Shown here in pieces: positions 38,198 to 51,154 of a stretch of DNA of 64,000 nucleotides. A model generated the notes under the pieces. The model was not told the origin of the DNA and ran no database searches. It worked only from the letters and a program-made list of their open reading frames with translations. The DNA comes from Utricularia gibba (Eukaryota; Plantae; Magnoliophyta), in NCBI GenBank assembly GCA_002189035.1, contig CM007991.1, positions 2,852,001-2,916,000 of the forward strand. Direction: 5' to 3'. The position numbers were made by a program, and so were the translations under genes. How positions within the stretch are numbered: the stretch's first letter is position 1; every line of letters begins with the position of its first letter.

Positions 38198-38916
38198 GTG
38201 ACTAATTGCCTTCAAGTGTTCATTCAAGTCCACTGCTTTTTCTTTTTTCTGGTGATCAAGCTTGGTTTCCATCACATTATTGGAGAAAGTCGATGACCCC
38301 CCTTGCTCCCTTTCACTTCGGCCAGCGCAAAGCACTTGGCTTTGCGCCACGCAGGATGTATTGAAAAAGGAAGCGTCTCGGAAAAAGTAACAGACCGAGA
38401 CCGTGAAAAAGACATGCCGCTTGTCCGCCACACGGTAAAAGGAAGATGACTGAACCCTCGCATTCTCCCTGCTTTCTCGACTGGTGCAATATGGAGGTAA
38501 AATCTGGAACAAATGAATTGGCTTCACGCCCACCACCAGACCCCTCCTTCCTCTTGTTTTCTCCCCACAAAAACGAAAACAAAAAAAGACGTACGGCGTG
38601 GTGTTTTCCAGGGCTCAGGGTGATTATTTGTGAATTGTGACACTCACCAGGCTGCATCTGATTCTGATGCATTCAAGGAAGGCTGCAGGCGGCTTGTTGG
38701 GATTTGACAGGATCATAAACTATGTCTCTTTTATCATAAACTATGTAATGACATCAAGCAAATATTTACAGAATACCATCTAAGGATGCAGCAGCAGCAT
38801 AACACAGTGAATGCAATGCACGTTGTTCTGCATATAAAAAATGTCCCATACGACATGTACTAATATGAATAGAGAGCCAACATGTTTGTGTATGTTTCAC
38901 TGAGATTACTTATTGC

Positions 38917-39553
38917 CTCATGTGCAAGAATGAATGCATTTTCAGCATCTGTCGGACAAAAACTTAAGTGTACCAGTAAACATAACAATCTTACCATTGG
39001 CTAAGCAAAAAGCATACACTAGAAGATCATTAATCAAAACAACTTCCCATGCCACCCCTTCCAAATACTCATTTTTTCTGTCACCAACCTCAGTACTCTT
39101 ATTGATTGATGCATCTAGAGTATCATCCTTGGCATCACCCCCCAACGCCTTCCTTAAGTAGCTCAAAGCATGCACCTTTCTCGAATCCATGGGCAGTTCA
39201 TCAATTATACACTTTGGCATGCCCTGAGCCCTCACACTGTCGGGATGAAGAGGAGACAAAATCTTGACTCCGTATATAAATTTTTTCCACTCAAGCACAA
39301 GTTCCCCAACCTTCCTGTGGAAACCATGAGGTAAAGGTACAAATTGGGTTCTATTTGTTAGGATAGTCTACTGACTCCCAAGGTAGATGACCACGCTTGA
39401 GACTGAGACAAGCATGGCAACTACAATCAAAGTATTCCTAAAAACGGGAAACCACCCGCTGGGCTTATGGAAGTGACTAAGCTGTGTCCGGACACGGTGA
39501 AATCTCTTCCGCCCACCAGCCTGGCTCTGCCATGGACTTCTATAGGTCATCAT
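38917..39553 (-). pseudogene. Peptidase M48 (OMA1-like) pseudogene
   Basis: YLGSQ*TILTNRTQFV (in-frame TAG 39370-39368), KILSPLHPDSVR, WEVVLINDLLVYAFCLANGKIVMFTG, frameshift before DAENAFILAHE; no exon found completing HExxH. Confidence 0.8.
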
Positions 39554-39966
39554 CCCAGAGTTTTTGAAGGGGTTCGAGGAAGGTATCTCTAGCGGCAGAG
39601 TCTCGACGGAATGCAGCATCAAAAATCAATCTTGAACATCTTCTGTAACTAGAAGCCATTAGATTAGTGATCAAAACAAAGGAAAAGGGAAAGAATCAAG
39701 CGTACGAAAGGTGACTGAAGGAGAGATCCCCCACCGGGCCGGCCCGCCCCGGGCCTGAGAGCGAAATCACTTAATAATCAATTACTGGGGACAAATGATA
39801 AAAGGGTGCCGAGGGTAGTTATGTAATTTCCAAGAGATCAGGGGGCCTAGTGACAACGTTTTACTTGGGCGTATTTTGCTCTCTCTCATCTCCATTTTTC
39901 TGCTTCCCTTTTCGTTTGTTCCGGCGGACAAAAAAAAGAAAAAAAGCTGTCGGTGGAAAATCCGCG

Positions 39967-41494
39967 ATGAGGAAGGAGCCGCCGCCTCCGCCGGTCGCCG
40001 GAAAGATCTTTCTCTGCTTCGAGAGCAAGCCCTTTTTTGCGGCATTACTCGCGATAACTCTTGTTATGCTTGTGTGGAACCTTCAGCCGTATTACGAGAA
40101 CATTCTGTCGGCATCGTCGCGTTGCTCCGCAGCGGGAGGCGTTTCCCCGGGTATCAAATCGGTCAGTTTGGGGTTAACGGCGGCATCGGAGAAGAGGTCG
40201 GTGAGTCCGCCGGTGGATCCCAACAAGCGGACGTTCAGAGCTTACGGTAGTGCAGCGGCGCTGTTTGTGCAAATGGGGGCGTACCGCGGTGGGCCGAGTA
40301 CTTTTGCGGTGGTAGGTTTGGCATCGAAGCCCATTCACGTTTACGGGAAGCCGTGGTTCAAATGCGAGTGGTTTCCCAACGATGGGAACTCGTCGGTTAG
40401 GGCTAAGGCCTATAAGATGCTTCCAGATTGGGGATATGGCCGCGTTTACACCGTCGTCGTCGTCAATTGCACGTTTCCGGAGAATCCCAACGCCGATAAC
40501 GGAGGCGGAAAGCTGATGCTCAATGCTTACTACGGCGAAAGTCCCCGCCGATTCGAGAAGTTTACTGTCCTGGAGGAGGCGGCAGGCGCCTACGACGAGT
40601 CCAATTACCGGCCGCCGTATAAGTACGAGTATCTCTACTGCGGGTCATCGCTGTACGGTAACTTGAGCGCCGCGAGGATGAGAGAATGGATGGCTTACCA
40701 TACTTGGTTCTTCGGGCCCAGCTCCCACTTCGTTTTCCATGACGCGGGTGGAGTGTCACCGGAGGTGAGGGCGGTTTTGGAGCCGTGGAAGAGAGCTGGG
40801 AGAGTCACATTACAGGATATCAGGGCTCAGGCGGAGTACGATGGTTACTATTACAACCAATTCTTGGTGGTGAACGATTGTCTCCACCGGTACCGACACG
40901 CCGCGAATTGGACGTTCTATTTCGACGTCGATGAGTACATCTATCTGCCCGACGGCAACACTCTGGAATCTGTGCTCAGGGACTTTTCTAACAACACCCA
41001 GTTCACAATCGAGCAAAACGCCATGTCCAGCATTCTCTGCGTCAATGACAGCAGTCAGGAACAGGACTATTCCAGGTGTAATTTTCACTCTGTTTCTTTC
41101 AACTCCTCCCATATGTCAATTGTCGGTCTGACTTTCCGACGGGTGATGTGAATGAAGGCAATGGGGATTCGAGAAGCTGGTGTTCAGGGACTCAAGAACA
41201 AGAATCCGACGAGATCGGAAATACGCAATTCAGGCGAAGAACGCCTACGCCACCGGCGTACACATGTCGGAAAACGTGATCGGACGAACCCTCCACGCAA
41301 CGGAATCCAGGATCCGATACTATCACTACCACAACTCCATCACCGTCCACGAGGAGCTCTGCCGGCATCTAGTACCCACCGCCGACTTGAACGCCACCAT
41401 CTGGATCGACAAGGTGCCCTTCGTCTACGATGACAACATGAAGAATCTTGCACCAGTGATCAAGCAGTTCGAGAAGAGAGCCATCCGCCGGTGA
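39967..41494 (+). CDS. GALS1: Galactan beta-1,4-galactosyltransferase (GT92), 2 exons
   Basis: Exons 39967-41075 and 41158-41494; MRKEPP..CFESKPFFAALLAITLVMLVWNLQPYY, YLYCGSSLYG, WTFYFDVDEY (DxD), RKYAIQAKN. Confidence 0.93.
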
Positions 41495-44011
41495 AATCAT
41501 ACTCTCCTTTTGTTTTGTTCCTGGAATACCCGTTGCAGACATCAACGTCATCACCACCGCCATGAATGTACAAAAGCTCACACAACACTGGAATCTTTAT
41601 TATTATTTTTTTGTTTTTTTCTTTTTTAGCGTGTTTATTTCCTTTTATGTTAAAAAATAATCATAATAATCAAAGGTGATGGTCAAAATATTAGCACACC
41701 TTTCCAAAATAGCACATAATAATCAACGTGCTCAATAAACTTGATATATATTTTCTTTTTTAAAAAAAAGAATACTATAATACAATATTATTTGTTTAGA
41801 ACATCTTTATTTGTAAAATTTTACATTTTCCTTTTCAAACCAAAAGTCGTGAGTAGATTTAGAAATCTAATTACTTTGATCAACTTAAATATATATATTT
41901 TTTATTTTAATGTAGGAGAGATTTATAAATTAATATATCAAAAAGAAAATGGTATAGATATATATATTCATTTAACGTACGTTAATTGGTGACCGCGTGT
42001 GCGTGCATATGAGGGGTACGTGATACCTAATGAATGCTACTGCTTGCTCTATTTCACAAAAATTTATTATTTAATATTTAAAGAAAATTCAGGAAAAAAA
42101 GAACGGGCGGCTATTGGTGGACGATCGCACATCCATGGCGGGCTGTTTGCCACGTGCCCTTGTCGGGATGAACGAACAATAATAACGTTATTACCAATAA
42201 TTAAATGCATTAGGTCGCGGCCCGAATAATGGAAATTTATTTTCCCGATCGCCGACACCGACGGCCGGAGCCACCGCCGCTGTCACTGAACCCTTCAGTC
42301 TTTATTACACGCATTGATAGGTAATTACGTCCAACACTCGCTGTACACTTGGAGTAAAACTGTTCATAACATCCACTGTGTCGAGCGCTTCCTGCCCTGA
42401 AGCCTGCGTCTCGTTGGTTTTGGCTGATCTGATCTGATTACAGATTCAATGGCGTCTTGCAGCCGGCGTGGACCACCGAGAGAGTCAAGCCGATTGCCTT
42501 GGCTGTAGCAGATGATACGCCCAATGGGAATCTGGCTAGGGCCTCAGGAATTGGACTAATGATCGGATTGAATCAGTTTGATTGCGTAGGTAGTGGGTAG
42601 GCTCTCGGTGATGGTTCCATCAACCTCCAATAATATGCTTAGGCTAACTTGGTTTTTCCCCAGCCAATCAACATGGAGCCTTTATATTTGTGAACAACCT
42701 AACCAGTTGGCGCTGGGCACCTAACCAAAGGGCTACCACCATAAATTGCAAGGGAGTAGAAGGCGACTGCTGCCCTGAACGCAACTTGGTGGAGAATATT
42801 CTCAAAATTCTACCTTTTTTACGATGCACTGCAGTCATCTCTGGTCACTGATGGGAATTCTCATGGGTTGTGACAGAGCAACGATGAGGAAGAGCTTGCA
42901 GATCTGTTGTATCAGTAGGTAGAATTGTTTCGCTGTACGAACCCCAGTACATATAATGAATGGACTAGGATAACAGACATTTTAACTAGAGTGGAGCTCT
43001 AGTTTTTCATGGAGGATTCACCCCAACTGGGGTCATGCTCAGTTTCGATATCTGCAAAAAGTGAATGTGTATCAGTTTTAATAATGATGCAGAAATTGAA
43101 TGCCTATTTGGTTGATCACTTGCTGATCTTTGCTATAACAGAACTGCAGTGCAACTTGGAACATGAAAATCTTGAAAGATTACGGCCAAGATAATCATCC
43201 GCCATATCTTCTGAAAGAAGCCCATGACCATATATGCTGATGAATATTTACCAAAATAACTAATGGTAACAACTGCAAGCTCCTCGATGCGTGTAAAGTC
43301 AGATGCTTGAGAAAAGATCCAATCTTGGCTTACACTCCACGGCCCTCGTCAGCAATGGTGGACATACAGAGATATATACAACGGATCTGGGAAATCGGCA
43401 TAACTGCGAATTGTCAATGGCGAATTGAAATGGTGACGCCTGAAGTATTGCGTGGAGATTTGGGCCAAAGATGTGATTTCGAAAGGATTCGATTCGAGTT
43501 CTAATTAGCGCTGTTCGTTATCTCGCCATTAGACCATCTGAACTGGTCAATTTCCGTTTATAATTTGTATTTCATGCACAATCAATGACATTGGAGCCAC
43601 ATCGTCGTACGAGATTGGATCAAAATTCTTCTTTTCTTAGATGAGTCAAATCGTGCTAGCATCTACCAAGTTCCATCTAAACCCCCACCTAACTTTCTGG
43701 TCTTCTTCGCCCTGGCTTTCGTCTTCGTTAACTGATGATCAACGACAGAAATAGTTTTGTTTTTTGATCCAGGTATGATGATGCTCTTTCACGCGTTTAA
43801 CCTCTGGGTTTTCTGTATAGAATTTCGTGTCTTCAAGACTGTATCTTTTTATGCTGTTACGATTTCTTCCTCTTTTGAAGACTGTATGTAATTGTGGTAT
43901 GATAATGCTCTGCATTTTTTTCTGCGATTGTGTTTGTTGAAAAGTTGGGAATTGTGCCTCATCGAACGCTGACATCTATGTTTCCGATTAGGTGTTTGTG
44001 TGGTGGTTGCA

Positions 44012-45032
44012 ATGGCTGTTGGGTGCCCTAAAATCATGCTGCCATTTACAGACCTGAGCTTTACTTCGAAGGGGTCTGCATTTCCATGGTGGGGCAATAC
44101 ACATTTGGAGTCTAGCGTTCGTAACAGGGTACAGAAGCTCCGGATTGCTGCAGTCTCAAGTGGCGATGGCAGTATTATGAAGAAGAAAGGGGAAGCCCCC
44201 AATTCAAACTACGTAGTTCCCATGGACAAGGCATCAAGCCTCACACGTCCCTTAGCTGAGATTTTCCGTGACCTGAACAAAAGAATTCCTGATAACACAA
44301 CCAAGTTCCGCGATGATGAACCTACTTGCATCCCATGGTCAAGTGAAAACTTTTTTCTCCTTATTGGATATTTGATTTGAAAAAACTTGACGCTCTGTAT
44401 CCATAACTTTCGACCAGGTACCAAGCAAACCGCATGCTGAGCTTCTATGCCCCAGGTTCTTGAATCCTTCCTCCTTGTTTCATTAGCCATGGATCTTGAT
44501 TCTTTGTTGCTAGAAACCATTAAGTAACTGCTAGGCTGCTTGTTTATGCTTCTTTCCCCTGTAGGTTGGTGTGGAGAAATCCGTGATGTTATTTTTTCAG
44601 AGAACTCCACCGTCACTGTTGTGTATCGGATTACCATTCGCGGTTCTGATGGAGAGGTGTGCCACTTTAACCATTCCTTTGTCTGCATCACCCCCATGTC
44701 TTTCATCAGTTCTTCATTAGAGGCCAGTCTTCTTCTTCTTCTTCTCCCTCTGCATCTGCCTTTCCCAGCCTCTGTTGATTTACCATCTGCTTTGGCCCAA
44801 AAGTTAACAGTTAGCTCAAAGCCAACTCTTCAGTGCTTTTGATGTCAAAATTGGTGAACTGTGACAACATAACGGCTGTTTGATGCCACTGCAGGCACAC
44901 CGTGAATCAACCGGGACGGCGTCGACGGCAGACGACACCATCTCCGATCCGGTTGCCGCGGCGGAGCAAATTGCGTTTTGCAGAGCCTGTGCTCGCTTCG
45001 GCCTGGGATTGTATCTTTACCATGAAGAGTAG
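44012..45032 (+). CDS. RAD52-2: RAD52-like organellar DNA-binding protein, plastid type, 4 exons
   Basis: Exons 44012-44337, 44418-44455, 44565-44656, 44895-45032; transit-peptide-like N-terminus; LTRPLAEIFRDLNKRIPD, IPWYQANRMLSFYAPGWCGE, AFCRACARFGLGLYLYHEE*. Confidence 0.92.
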
Positions 45033-45518
45033 AACCGGATCCGTACAGCTTTGAGCTGAGGCCTTCCTGTGCTTTTGGCACTTGGGATGCTGTCCAAATT
45101 TTCAAAATCTATTTTTACTTAAAAGAGTCTATGTTTTCAAAATTTATTTGTATCAAAAATATTTGTGAATTTATGTTTTTGTACCTTAAGTTTTATAGAA
45201 GATTAATAATTCGAAATTATTTAATAATTTTCAAAAATAATATTACAAAATGGGCCTGGATTGAGGCCCATGATGAAGGTATGTATATCCCATTGAAGGG
45301 CGGGGTGCCAGATTGGCGGTTTCGTTTTTCTATCCGTGTTTCCGAACCTTTCTGATGGGATGCGATGAATTCTGATCTTGGTGCTGCTTGTCAATGTTTT
45401 CTGAGTTGGTGTTGGCAGTTTGGGGTTGACTTTCGGCTATTTATCTAGCGTCTTTTGGATCAATGTTCGGTTTTATGAAATCTTTAATGAAACCCTGATC
45501 CATACTATTGTTGGCAGA

Positions 45519-46150
45519 ATGGAGATTGCAAGTATGGCAGCTGAAGCTGAAGCGGCTTCTGCTAAGCGTCCTGCTCATGATGGTGTTATAGCCGAAGGTG
45601 GGAAGAGGAAGAGGCTAAATGTTTCGAATTTTGGTACTGAGGATGAGAAAATGCAGAATTACTGGAAAAGTTGGAAGCATAATATCTCAAATATGTCAGG
45701 AGTCTGGGGCCAGAGTGCAGGTTGAGGAAACTGTTCCTGGAGATGATGAAACGGTAATTATCATTTTCGGATCAGATCAGGACAAGGAAGTGGAGGGTAA
45801 CCATGCAAAACCTGGAAACGTGGATTGCGTAGAGAACAAATTATGTGAAAACCCAGAAAAACGTAGTGAAATTGAAGAAAGAAATACTGCATTTGTATCC
45901 CAGGGACAAAGAAAAAATGAAACTTCCGCCATACAAAAAGCTATGCTGGATTTGTTTGAGAAAATTAATGAGTCATCTCGGCCAAATGAAGGAGATGGCG
46001 TAAGAAATGTACAATCTCCAGGTGTTGCGAGGCTTCTTGTCTTCTCCGTTTCCAGAGACCTTGATCATCATATCCGGGGTGCCAGAGCAGGTCAATGCGG
46101 CTCAGAGTCTTATTCAAGCTTTTGTAATCAGCGAGACAGAGTGCAGCTGA
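45519..46150 (+). pseudogene. HEN4-like multi-KH RNA-binding protein pseudogene with internal deletions
   Basis: N-terminus MEIAS..KRPAHDG..GKRKR out of frame with KH1 (FRIL...GKVGSIISQICQESGARVQVEETVPG); start of KH2 (ARLLVFS) joined out of frame to the terminal motif ETLIIISGVPEQVNAAQSLIQAFVISETECS*. Confidence 0.75.
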
Positions 46151-46772
46151 CTTGTGATTCACATAGAGATGGTGTGTCTTTCATGACACTGTTGAATTAT
46201 CTCTAACTTAGTACATTTTGTGCTTATGAGGTAGGATCAAAAACCATATTTTCTTGGGCATCAGTGTATCAGATCTTTTGAGGAAGACACCTGTTCCCCC
46301 AGTTTCCAACTGTAGGTTATGATCTTGATAAAAAAAAAAAAAGCACGATCTTTTCAAATATTCCAATTCAGCCATTGGGTTGTTAACACCTAGTCAAAGA
46401 TTGGGCTTGATCCAAGCGCTGAAAATCTAGGGGAGCTTAAATGTTGGTAGCAAAGAAGAATCTTTCCTTTGGGTTGAGCGAATCCCAACACCAGTTTGAT
46501 GTGAAGGAATTCTTTTGTTTTTTTTTTCTCACTGCAGATATGAAGCAATAGACGATGCCAGTCAAGAGCGAGAACCTCCCAAATTTTGATTTTCGTCTAC
46601 TAAAATGGAGCCTCATCATTTTCAGGTAAGTCTAGTATTTTGAGAAAGTTGCAATGTAGCGAATTATTGCACCTGTACACCACTACTCTTACAAAAAGAA
46701 AAACTAATTGGCTTCTAGAGGACTGCTATCGGATGCTATTGTTGATGGTCGCTAAAACCTCGTCAGTTTCAG

Positions 46773-49681
46773 TCACATGATGAATTTGGGACCGTTGGCA
46801 TTCTCATTTTCCTTCTCTGTTTTGTACGGTATTTTGCAGCATTCAGCTGTACTTGGACTGGCCTCCATCAGCAGCTGAACAACGTCATTCATCATAGGGC
46901 GGTGTGCTGCAGCCTTGCAAGTGCATAGAATTGCAATGCGGAGGACTTTGATCATCTCATCACTGAATGAACTTGAGACACGATTATCTAGCAGGTTCAT
47001 TGCCCCTTCCATGGTCTCAACTTTCCCTGAAACCCAAGTTACTATGTCTTTATTTTCTCCGAACTCCGGTTCCACGTTCTTCTTCCCGGTCACTAACTCC
47101 ATTAGGATCACTCCAAAGCTGTATACATCACACTTGGTTGATGCCTTTGACGTATATGCGTATTCTGTTGCACATTATAGCTGTGACCTTAGATCAGTCG
47201 AAAAATGATGAATGTGAGCAGAAGTTCAAGACTTACCAGGTGCCAAGTACCCATAGGTTCCTGCTATGACTGTGGTGGTGGTAGGGTCCTGTGATCCCCA
47301 GCTTGCAGCACTTTGGCGATGCCAAAATCTGCAACTTTGGGCTGATAATTTCGATCAAGAAGAATGTTTGTAGACTTGATATCCCTGTGGATGATCGGTG
47401 GCATAATATCATGGTGAAGATATGATAATCCTTGTGCTATTCCCAGTGCAATCTGGTGTCGGGTCTTCCAATCCAAAACAATTTTTCCATTGTGAAGTGC
47501 ATCCCAAAGATTGCCATTTGGCATGTACTCATACATGAGCAAATTGCAATCCCTGCTGGACAAATAGCTGTAGAGCTTCACAATGTTCTTGTGCCTTATG
47601 TTTCCTAGAGTCTCTACTTCACTTTTCAGCTCTTTTACTTGAACCAGGTGATCACTAGAAGCTGAATCTTTTACCTTCCTTGTCCACAGCTTCTTCACTG
47701 CTATGACTTTTCCATTCCTCAGCTTGATCTTGTAGACTGTCCCTGATCCTCCATACCCGATGATGTTCTCATCCACCAGGGCTTCAAAGATCTCTCTATC
47801 CGAGAAACTCAATTGATGGAATGTCTTGATTTCATATGAGGAAAATATTTCCTCTTTCTCCATTGCTTCTGCCTGTCTGCTAAGCAAACGGTTCAGAAAC
47901 AGGAGACTTCCAAGGACTATGATTCCCATAGACGTAACTATAAGCCAGATCAAGTTTATTCTTCTTCTGTCAGAAGACTTGGGACAAACAGGGAAACCAA
48001 GTGAGTTGACAGTGCCGGATACACAGAGGCCTGGATTACCTGAGAAGCTGTCTAGTAATGCTCCCTCCAGGAATGGATAGGGGATTGGCCCTGAGAGATG
48101 GTTATGTGAAAAGTTCATTGAATTCGGCAGTAACACGGACAGCTTTTCTGGGATCTTCCCTTCTAGCTGGTTGTATGAGATATCAAGAACATTAAGAGAG
48201 CTAAGAGACGATAGTGATTCAGGGATAGAAGAATTCAGCTGGTTTTCCCGCAGGAGCAACAGATTTAGCAACCTTAAGTTTCCAATTTCTGAAGGTATGG
48301 GGCCAGAAAGGAGATTGTAGCTTAGATCAACCTTCATCAAATTTACAGCTGAAGAGATCTGAGGAGGAATGCTACCCGAAATCTTGTTTCCTTGCAAGAA
48401 CAATTCAGACAGGTTTCTGGCGTTCTGGATGTTTTCAGGAATGAAACCACCCAGATTATTGTAAGCAACATCTATGATGAATGCGTGAGGCAGGGAAAAA
48501 ATTTCTTCAGGGATTTTTCCCTGCAAATTATTATTGCTAACACGGAACCTGACAAGGGACTTGCATCTGCCATAGCTCTCAGGAATTTGACCTGAAAAAC
48601 TATTCTTCAGGGCAAGAAGATAATTCAGTTTCCCGTTGCTGCATAGCCCCTGTGGTAGATTTCCAGTGAAGTTGTTCTCCGACAGGTCCAAAGCAACAAG
48701 TGTGGACGTTTTCCCAAGATTTTGTGGCACTTCGCCGGTGAGGAAATTACCATATAGAGACAGAGTATTCAAGGCTGTCAAGTTGGCTATTTCCGCCGGA
48801 ATATTCCCTGACAAGCTATTGTTATAAAGCTGAAGAACGCTAAGCTTCGGTAGACGGCAGACGGATGCTGGAATCTGGCCGCTGAATGTATTTCCCGACA
48901 TATCAAGATTAGCAAGCAGTGTCAAGTTTCCGAGCTCCCTCGGAATTTCACCTTCGAGCTGGTTGTAGTAAAGCTCAAGCATCTCAAGATTCTTCAGACG
49001 TCCAACTTCCACAGGTATGCGGCCGGTTAAGTAATTCCCACTGAGCTCAAGATCAACAAGAGACGTCATGTTCCCGATGGACTGTGGAATTCCACCATAC
49101 AGCATGCATGAAGTTACAATCATGGTCTTGAGTTCCAGTAGTCTGGAGATGTTCTCCGGCAGCTTCCACAAGTTGAACCCCTCGTTTTCGTTCATATTGA
49201 GAACCTCCAGTTTCGTGAGATTAGTTATGGACATCGGAAAGTCACCAGAGAAAAAGTTATAGGAAAGATCAAGTACTCTAAGGGATTGCAAGGGAGAAAA
49301 GTCAGGCGGTCGTCCAGTTAAACCAGCAGAGCTCATGTTCAGCTCTTCCAAGAAGGAACAGTTTATGATTCCAAGAGGGAAACCGCCATGAAAGCTGTTC
49401 CCCCCGACACGAAGAAAGCGCAGTTGAGGAAAATGTGAACAAATATCACCTGGAAATTCGCCTTGCAGAGCCAACCCTGAAATATCAACGCCAATAACAT
49501 CTCTCTGATCATCACAAGAAATTCCAGTTAAGTTGCAGTAGTCACTGTTTTTAGAGAAATCCAATCTGGCTGAAGAAGTCCCAGTGATGAACTGCCTCAT
49601 ACGATCTAAGAAATCAGAAGGGTTGCCACCCTCTGAGGTGAAGGCTAAGAACAGAAACAAAAACAGGCACCTTAGAGCCAT
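46773..49681 (-). CDS. CEPR1: LRR-RLK subfamily XI, CEP receptor 1 (XIP1)-like
   Basis: LRR ectodomain, TM, kinase VAVKKLW...EVETLGNIRHKNIVKLY...HRDIKSTNILLD...DFG; intron 47236-47165; exon 2 EYAYSSKATTKCDVYSFG. One base missing at 47296-47299. Confidence 0.92.
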
Positions 49682-50366
49682 TTAAAGAAGACTTTCAAGA
49701 AGAAGCAACAACAGCCCGCTTTAGGATTCAAACATGGAGAACAGGAAAAACGTTGAGTATATAAAAGAGCTGTTGGTGGTAACAACAGAGACAGTGGATG
49801 TTACTGGTGAAATGATGAGGTTGAAAAATATTCCAGCTGCTGGATCCATTTCATCTGCACCGCTCATTTCCATGGGGGTCAATCATACTTTGCACAAGGA
49901 ACATTAGGCTCAGATTCTTAACTTTCATGTTAAAATGTGCCATGATGCTCTCTCATTCTGAGAGAATAACTTCAAAGCAGGGGGCTTTTTTTGCCATTCC
50001 AGAAAAAAGGAATCGAAGAAATTCGGCAGATGACGAGATGGATTGAACTTTTGGCAGAACCAATCTTCCAAATGGGAAAATGGCTCTGTTGCAAGAGAAT
50101 ATATCCAAAGTCGTTTACTTTAGATGAAAAGTGAGAGCCATGGAATTGTTAATGCTTTCAGAAAAAAAGGGGGTGATGCAAAGTTACAGAGCAACATCAA
50201 GGAAGAAAAGGCATCTGGTTTTCTCATCTTCTAATCTGCATATTTCTTATGAAATAAACTAGTAGCCCTAGTAAGACAGAGAAAACAAGAGTCAGAATGG
50301 CCAACGCAGGATCGACATCAGCAGATTTATTATGTCTTTCGTCCCCATTCTTCACAGTTTTCGAGG

Positions 50367-50933
50367 CTAACCTTTCATGACTGGCAGTTTTGTTTTATGT
50401 GCGACTCCCCGGAAGCCTTCAAGGAACATAACGTTTTGGTGGGATGAACTCTTTGAGTAGCATTCTGGTCGCTTGTCAATCCTGAACTCTTGAACAGGGT
50501 TTTCGTTCACCCAGATGTGGATCCCAATCATCTTCATACCAAGAGACATTCTGGAAACCTGAAACAAGCAGCATGATTTCTAGCCACGAAATTTATAATA
50601 TCAGACGGGCATGATCGGAGACAAAATCAGTCTGAACTAAGCTATTTGGGTTCTACTATTTTCTCCTGCGCCTTCGATTAAGAAACATGGTGAATCGTCG
50701 GCCTCACTAAGAAGCGTTGGTATCAAATCGTGAAGGAAACCTCTATCCAACTTCGTCCCATCTACAAGGTCAACCTAACAAATCAAAGATATCCATTTTA
50801 GTTCCGTCCAATCTTCTTTCAAAGGTGAATCTGATTTAGGCTTCAAACCTGAGATCCAGGGGATGGACGACTTGAGAGGCCGACTTTCGATCCATTTGAG
50901 TTGAGCTTCATCCCCAATTACGGCTTTCACCAC
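50367..50933 (-). pseudogene. ODR4-like protein pseudogene (5' remnant)
   Basis: Segments VVKAVIGDEAQLKWIESR, LDRGFLHDLIPT and VSRMSLGMKMIGIHIWVNEN match the recalled plant ODR4-like N-terminus. No ATG, phase shift at the first donor, premature stops, no later exons recognised. Confidence 0.6.
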
Positions 50934-51154
50934 GATTGTCCAGTCTCAAAACCCTAGTTTCTCCGGCCGCCGAAGCTACAAACCATACATTCGTTGTAAA
51001 AAACAGTTGGATATTCCAGTTGGTTGCTCTACATACTTCTCTTAGTTGGCTTGTGATTTTACGAAGGGCTTCTCCGATGATGATCTGCGCAAATCAAAAT
51101 TGATTCTTGCTTGAAGTAGAGTGTTTTAACAGAATTTGGTGATACGCAATTCTC

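Noticed and set aside
11285-47305. Programmed frameshifting or transcriptional slippage as a shared system at the three GGGG sites
   Set aside because: Unrelated genes, no slippery heptamer or downstream structure seen, and G4 is too short for typical slippage. Sequencing error is far simpler.
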